From a virus (Duplodnaviria; Caudoviricetes), in IMG/VR virus record IMGVR_UViG_3300033407_000070, positions 1 to 36,830 of that record: a stretch of DNA of 36,830 nucleotides, one strand, 5' to 3'. Below, one piece after another: positions 34,066-36,830 of the stretch. The notes under the pieces were generated by a model. It did no database searches, had not been told where the DNA came from, and was given only the letters and a program-made list of their open reading frames with translations. A program made the translations under genes and the position numbers. The stretch's first letter is position 1; every line of letters begins with the position of its first letter.

Positions 34066-34229
34066 ACTCCACCTCGCAGTGACTTTGCCGCCTTTTCAAC
34101 CTTGGCGTAAAACTCCTTACGTTGTGGACGCTCCCCGTGGACAAATGGACGGGTCCGGTGCTTGAACGTGCGACTGCCGGTCACTGCCTGTAAAATGTTG
34201 CGCCGGATCTTGCGAATGGAATTGCTCAA
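34062..34229 (-). CDS. Basic hypothetical protein
   Basis: TTG start with AAGGAGG SD just after the terL stop. Confidence 0.5.
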   Translation of the reverse strand: MSNSIRKIRRNILQAVTGSRTFKHRTRPFVHGERPQRKEFYAKVEKAAKSLRGGV

Positions 34230-34240
34230 CTTTCCCTCCT

Positions 34241-35743
34241 TTACATCGTGTCCTGATAGTCCGTGCTTTGCGCTCGCCCCCACGGGTCGAGCTCCTTGTT
34301 CATCTGGTTCTCAAACGAGCCGTTCACCTTGGCCAACTGGTCGAGGCGGGCGGCGAAGCGGTTTTGCGGTTTGTCCGCCGGTTCGCGCATCTTCAGCGGG
34401 CGGGCCATGCAGATATGGCAGGCTTCGTCATAAATGTGGTCTTCACCCTTGGTGTCCACGTCCTCGACATTGTGCTTGTCCATGTTAAGGTTGGGGATCG
34501 TGCGGTTGAATTGGTTGCAGGTTTTGGCTACCATGAGCATCGGCAACTCATTTTCATTCTTGCGCAGGCGTTCCCGGAACTGGCGGATTTTAAGACCACG
34601 GCTGCTGTCCGCTTTTATCAGCAATATCCCGTATCCAGTGAACACCTCGGCGGTGCTTTTCCCTTGTCCTCCGCCGTCGTAATTGGGTTTCTTGTTCCAG
34701 CAGTCATGCCCGGCCAAGCGGATAACCTTACGATCTGCAAGTCCAAGCTGTGCTTCGCGTTGCTGGATGCCTTCGGCTATCTCCGAGTCGGTGATTCTCA
34801 GACCTTCGTCCGCTGTGCCGCTCCAACCGTACCACTCGGCGAAGCGCCAGACGCGGCCATCAGCGTCCACCCACCACCAACCGATAGAAAACGGTTTACC
34901 GAAGCCCCAATCAAAGGTGAAATAAACCGGCGCATCTTGCGGGATTTTGCCGTCCCACTCAAACCCATGGGTATCCCGTGAATACTGCGGAAAAGCCTGG
35001 CCCACAAAGATGTCCCAGTCACCATCCCGAAAAGCCTTGCGCAAGTTGGGGGGCAATGTCTGTAGGGTCGCATAATAAGCGGCATCCAAGTGTGGGTTGT
35101 CATCCGCCTTGGATGGCACGAAAGCGAAACAGGGCCGGAAATCAACCGGGGTCGTCCACTCTTCAGGGAATTCCTGGTCGATCCAGAACTGCTTAACCCA
35201 GCCATGGCCGACGCCCCCCGGATTGGTCCCGCCTAGAAACCACGTTTCACAGTCCGGAAGCCCCGGCCAGCGGAGACGGGAACGCAAGTGGGTGAAGGTC
35301 TCGTAAGTGTTTTTGGTTAACTCATCAACGCCAATGGCTGCAAACTCGGCGGACTGGTATTTCGACGGATCATCCAGATTACGGAAACAAATGGCACCGC
35401 CCCCATATTGCGACTTAAGGACGAAGGACCGGCCATAGGTTTTATGGTCCTGGCAGAGAGTGCCAATCCACTCCGGGAATTCAAGACCGATCTTTTGTAG
35501 CTGGCGGTCTTTCAGTGATGGGTAGTCCTCACAGGCCAGCATGACTGTCACCTTTTCCAGTTTGAATTTGCCGTACAACTCCAACAGCCGCCGCAACAAC
35601 ACCCAACGCAGCCAATAGCTTTTACCCCCACCTAAGGCCCCGCCGTAGAGCAGGAACCGTTTGCCATTCTTGAGCTGTCGGCTGGCTTCTTTCTGCCGTG
35701 GAGCAAATTGGCACAACTCGGAGAACTTAATCTTCGTCGTCAT
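34241..35743 (-). CDS. terL: Terminase large subunit
   Basis: Walker A GGALGGGKS, Walker B IGVDE, GTNPGGVGHGWVK, nuclease motifs FDWG and EDHIYD. Confidence 0.95.
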   Translation of the reverse strand: MTTKIKFSELCQFAPRQKEASRQLKNGKRFLLYGGALGGGKSYWLRWVLLRRLLELYGKFKLEKVTVMLACEDYPSLKDRQLQKIGLEFPEWIGTLCQDHKTYGRSFVLKSQYGGGAICFRNLDDPSKYQSAEFAAIGVDELTKNTYETFTHLRSRLRWPGLPDCETWFLGGTNPGGVGHGWVKQFWIDQEFPEEWTTPVDFRPCFAFVPSKADDNPHLDAAYYATLQTLPPNLRKAFRDGDWDIFVGQAFPQYSRDTHGFEWDGKIPQDAPVYFTFDWGFGKPFSIGWWWVDADGRVWRFAEWYGWSGTADEGLRITDSEIAEGIQQREAQLGLADRKVIRLAGHDCWNKKPNYDGGGQGKSTAEVFTGYGILLIKADSSRGLKIRQFRERLRKNENELPMLMVAKTCNQFNRTIPNLNMDKHNVEDVDTKGEDHIYDEACHICMARPLKMREPADKPQNRFAARLDQLAKVNGSFENQMNKELDPWGRAQSTDYQDTM

Positions 35744-36302
35744 CGAGGACGACCAACCGTCTGCCGGACAAATCTTCTGCCTTGTCTGTTAAGTTGAAGG
35801 CTTGTCTTTCCAGAGCGATGAGGTTTTTCATGGCGGTTGACAGGTCGCGGACAACAGCGGCATGACTAGGGAGGGCAACCGCCCGCAGTAGTTGATTGCG
35901 CCGCTTAATATCTTCTTCCGTGGCCTCAATCGTTTCCTCGATCTCTGCCCGGCTGTTCGCGGCGTCCCTGAGCTGGCCCATAAGCAGGCTAACCATGGCC
36001 CGCCCTTGGTTAATATCACGGCGGTGGCTCTCAACCACTTGAACGCCAATTTCGGCGGCTTCGGCAACGATTTCTTCATCAGTCGCGTTGGGAGTGCGCA
36101 CTTGGTTGCGAACCAGGTTTTCGCGCACCTTGCTGCGCACCTCTTGGGTGAGGTCTCTCTTCCACCCTTCCTGGTTGGCTTTTTTGCGAATAGCCGCTTC
36201 GCTGATCGAATGCCGCCTACCAATTTCGCGGATAGCCAACAGGCCAGCGCGATATTCCTTGCCGATTACTTCCCAATCAGGTGTTTTCTTTTTAATCGCC
36301 AT
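35727..36302 (-). CDS. terS: Terminase small subunit
   Basis: PDWEVIGKEYRAG..AIREI..HSISEAAIRKKA..EGW.R HTH; LERQAFNL; overlaps the terL start. Confidence 0.8.
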   Translation of the reverse strand: MAIKKKTPDWEVIGKEYRAGLLAIREIGRRHSISEAAIRKKANQEGWKRDLTQEVRSKVRENLVRNQVRTPNATDEEIVAEAAEIGVQVVESHRRDINQGRAMVSLLMGQLRDAANSRAEIEETIEATEEDIKRRNQLLRAVALPSHAAVVRDLSTAMKNLIALERQAFNLTDKAEDLSGRRLVVLDDDED

Positions 36303-36340
36303 AAACACAAAAACCCGCTCAGCGTCTAGCGCCTGCGGGT
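36303..36340 (-). terminator. Terminator-like hairpin directly before terS
   Basis: ACCCGC-AG-GCG-CTAGA-CGC-TGA-GCGGGT followed by TTTTGTGTTT. Confidence 0.6.
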
Positions 36341-36498
36341 CGATTCCTTTTTCGGGTTTCAAGATAAGCGGAGCGGATGCCGCCCTCGTTCAATTCCAAG
36401 CCGATGATAATGTCAAACGTGCCGGTCATCCGCCGCTCACGCTGGGCGGTGATTTCCGATTGCGCTTCAAGTAACAGTAAGCTGATTTGATCCGCCAT
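36319..36498 (-). CDS. Short leader ORF of the late operon
   Basis: GGAGG SD; 59 aa; stop codon lies inside the terminator hairpin. Confidence 0.6.
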   Translation of the reverse strand: MADQISLLLLEAQSEITAQRERRMTGTFDIIIGLELNEGGIRSAYLETRKRNRPAGARR

Positions 36499-36521
36499 CA
36501 CCCTCCATAGCCACGGGTTGC

Positions 36522-36550
36522 ATTATGCACGGTTTCGTTAATGAAAGCAA
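36522..36550 (-). promoter_or_regulatory. Candidate late-operon promoter with operator-like site in the spacer
   Basis: TTGCTT-17-CATAAT; CACGGTTTCGTT at 36528-36539. Confidence 0.6.
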
Positions 36551-36589
36551 GAAATTTACACGGAATGATATTTTATTTCTTTTTTATTG

Positions 36590-36618
36590 TTGACAGCCCG
36601 AACAATGTACGGTATTGC
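36590..36618 (+). promoter_or_regulatory. Divergent sigma70-like promoter
   Basis: AT-rich UP region; TTGACA-17-TATTGC. Confidence 0.55.
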
Positions 36619-36656
36619 TTAATCACAAACAGGGAACAGCTAACCAGGAGGAAAAC

Positions 36657-36830
36657 ATGAGAACAGCAGGGACTTTTAATGATGTTTACGAAGCGGCTAA
36701 ATCTTACGCTCTCAACCAGGCTGATGACGGGACCCCCATGAATCCAGTAGTTAGGCGTGAGCAAGGCCGGTGGATGCTTGAATCCGGCCTTAATTCTACT
36801 GACGGCGATTTTGAAACTACCCTTGAGTCT
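36657..36830 (+). CDS. Hypothetical protein, truncated by the window end
   Basis: AGGAGG SD; MRTAGTFNDVYEAAKSYAL... open to the edge. Confidence 0.65.
   Translation, partial: MRTAGTFNDVYEAAKSYALNQADDGTPMNPVVRREQGRWMLESGLNSTDGDFETTLES

Larger units (their letters stand above)
10..36498. mobile_element. Tailed phage/prophage late region (packaging, head, short tail, ejection proteins, lysis), podovirus-like
   Basis: Colinear terS-terL-portal-scaffold-capsid-adaptor-ejection-lysis genes on the minus strand. No tape measure, tube, sheath, integrase or att site in the window. Confidence 0.95.

Noticed and set aside
32160-36362. Longer ORF-track starts (portal 32180, terS 36362; also 1259, 3539, 16549, 29648)
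   Set aside because: The extensions run through RNA structures or neighbouring genes; downstream ATGs fit SD position or family length better

Overview
This is the virion-morphogenesis and lysis arm of a GC-rich tailed phage or prophage, almost all on the minus strand. No tape-measure, tube or sheath gene is seen, so it is probably podovirus-like. Gene order from right to left: terS, terL, small accessory ORFs, portal, a structured-ncRNA + tRNA-Tyr/tRNA-Thr cassette, scaffold, major capsid, capsid decoration, adaptor/nozzle/needle genes, ejection proteins including a 2850-aa polyvalent protein (JAB, two ART-like domains, zincin, LPD38-like), a repeat-based fibre module, and a lysis region. 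The lysis region holds an endolysin, holin-like genes, a stand-alone glycyl-radical peptide, a metallophosphoesterase and a permuted NlpC/P60. A convergent CI-like HTH gene lies at the left end. The most unusual signals are: (1) layered late-gene control, with four sigma70-like promoters sharing a CACG-N4-CGTG operator-like site, terminators directly before structural genes, a repeated GNRA-hairpin/CATCCC/AGAAGGAG leader and an unannotated Com-like Zn ribbon; (2) a ~450-nt array of pseudoknot-rich RNAs upstream of the tRNAs; (3) two repeat-core + small-subunit fibre modules; (4) [FY][SQ]R motifs at four domain junctions of the polyvalent protein. All family calls come from motif recognition by eye, not from database searches.
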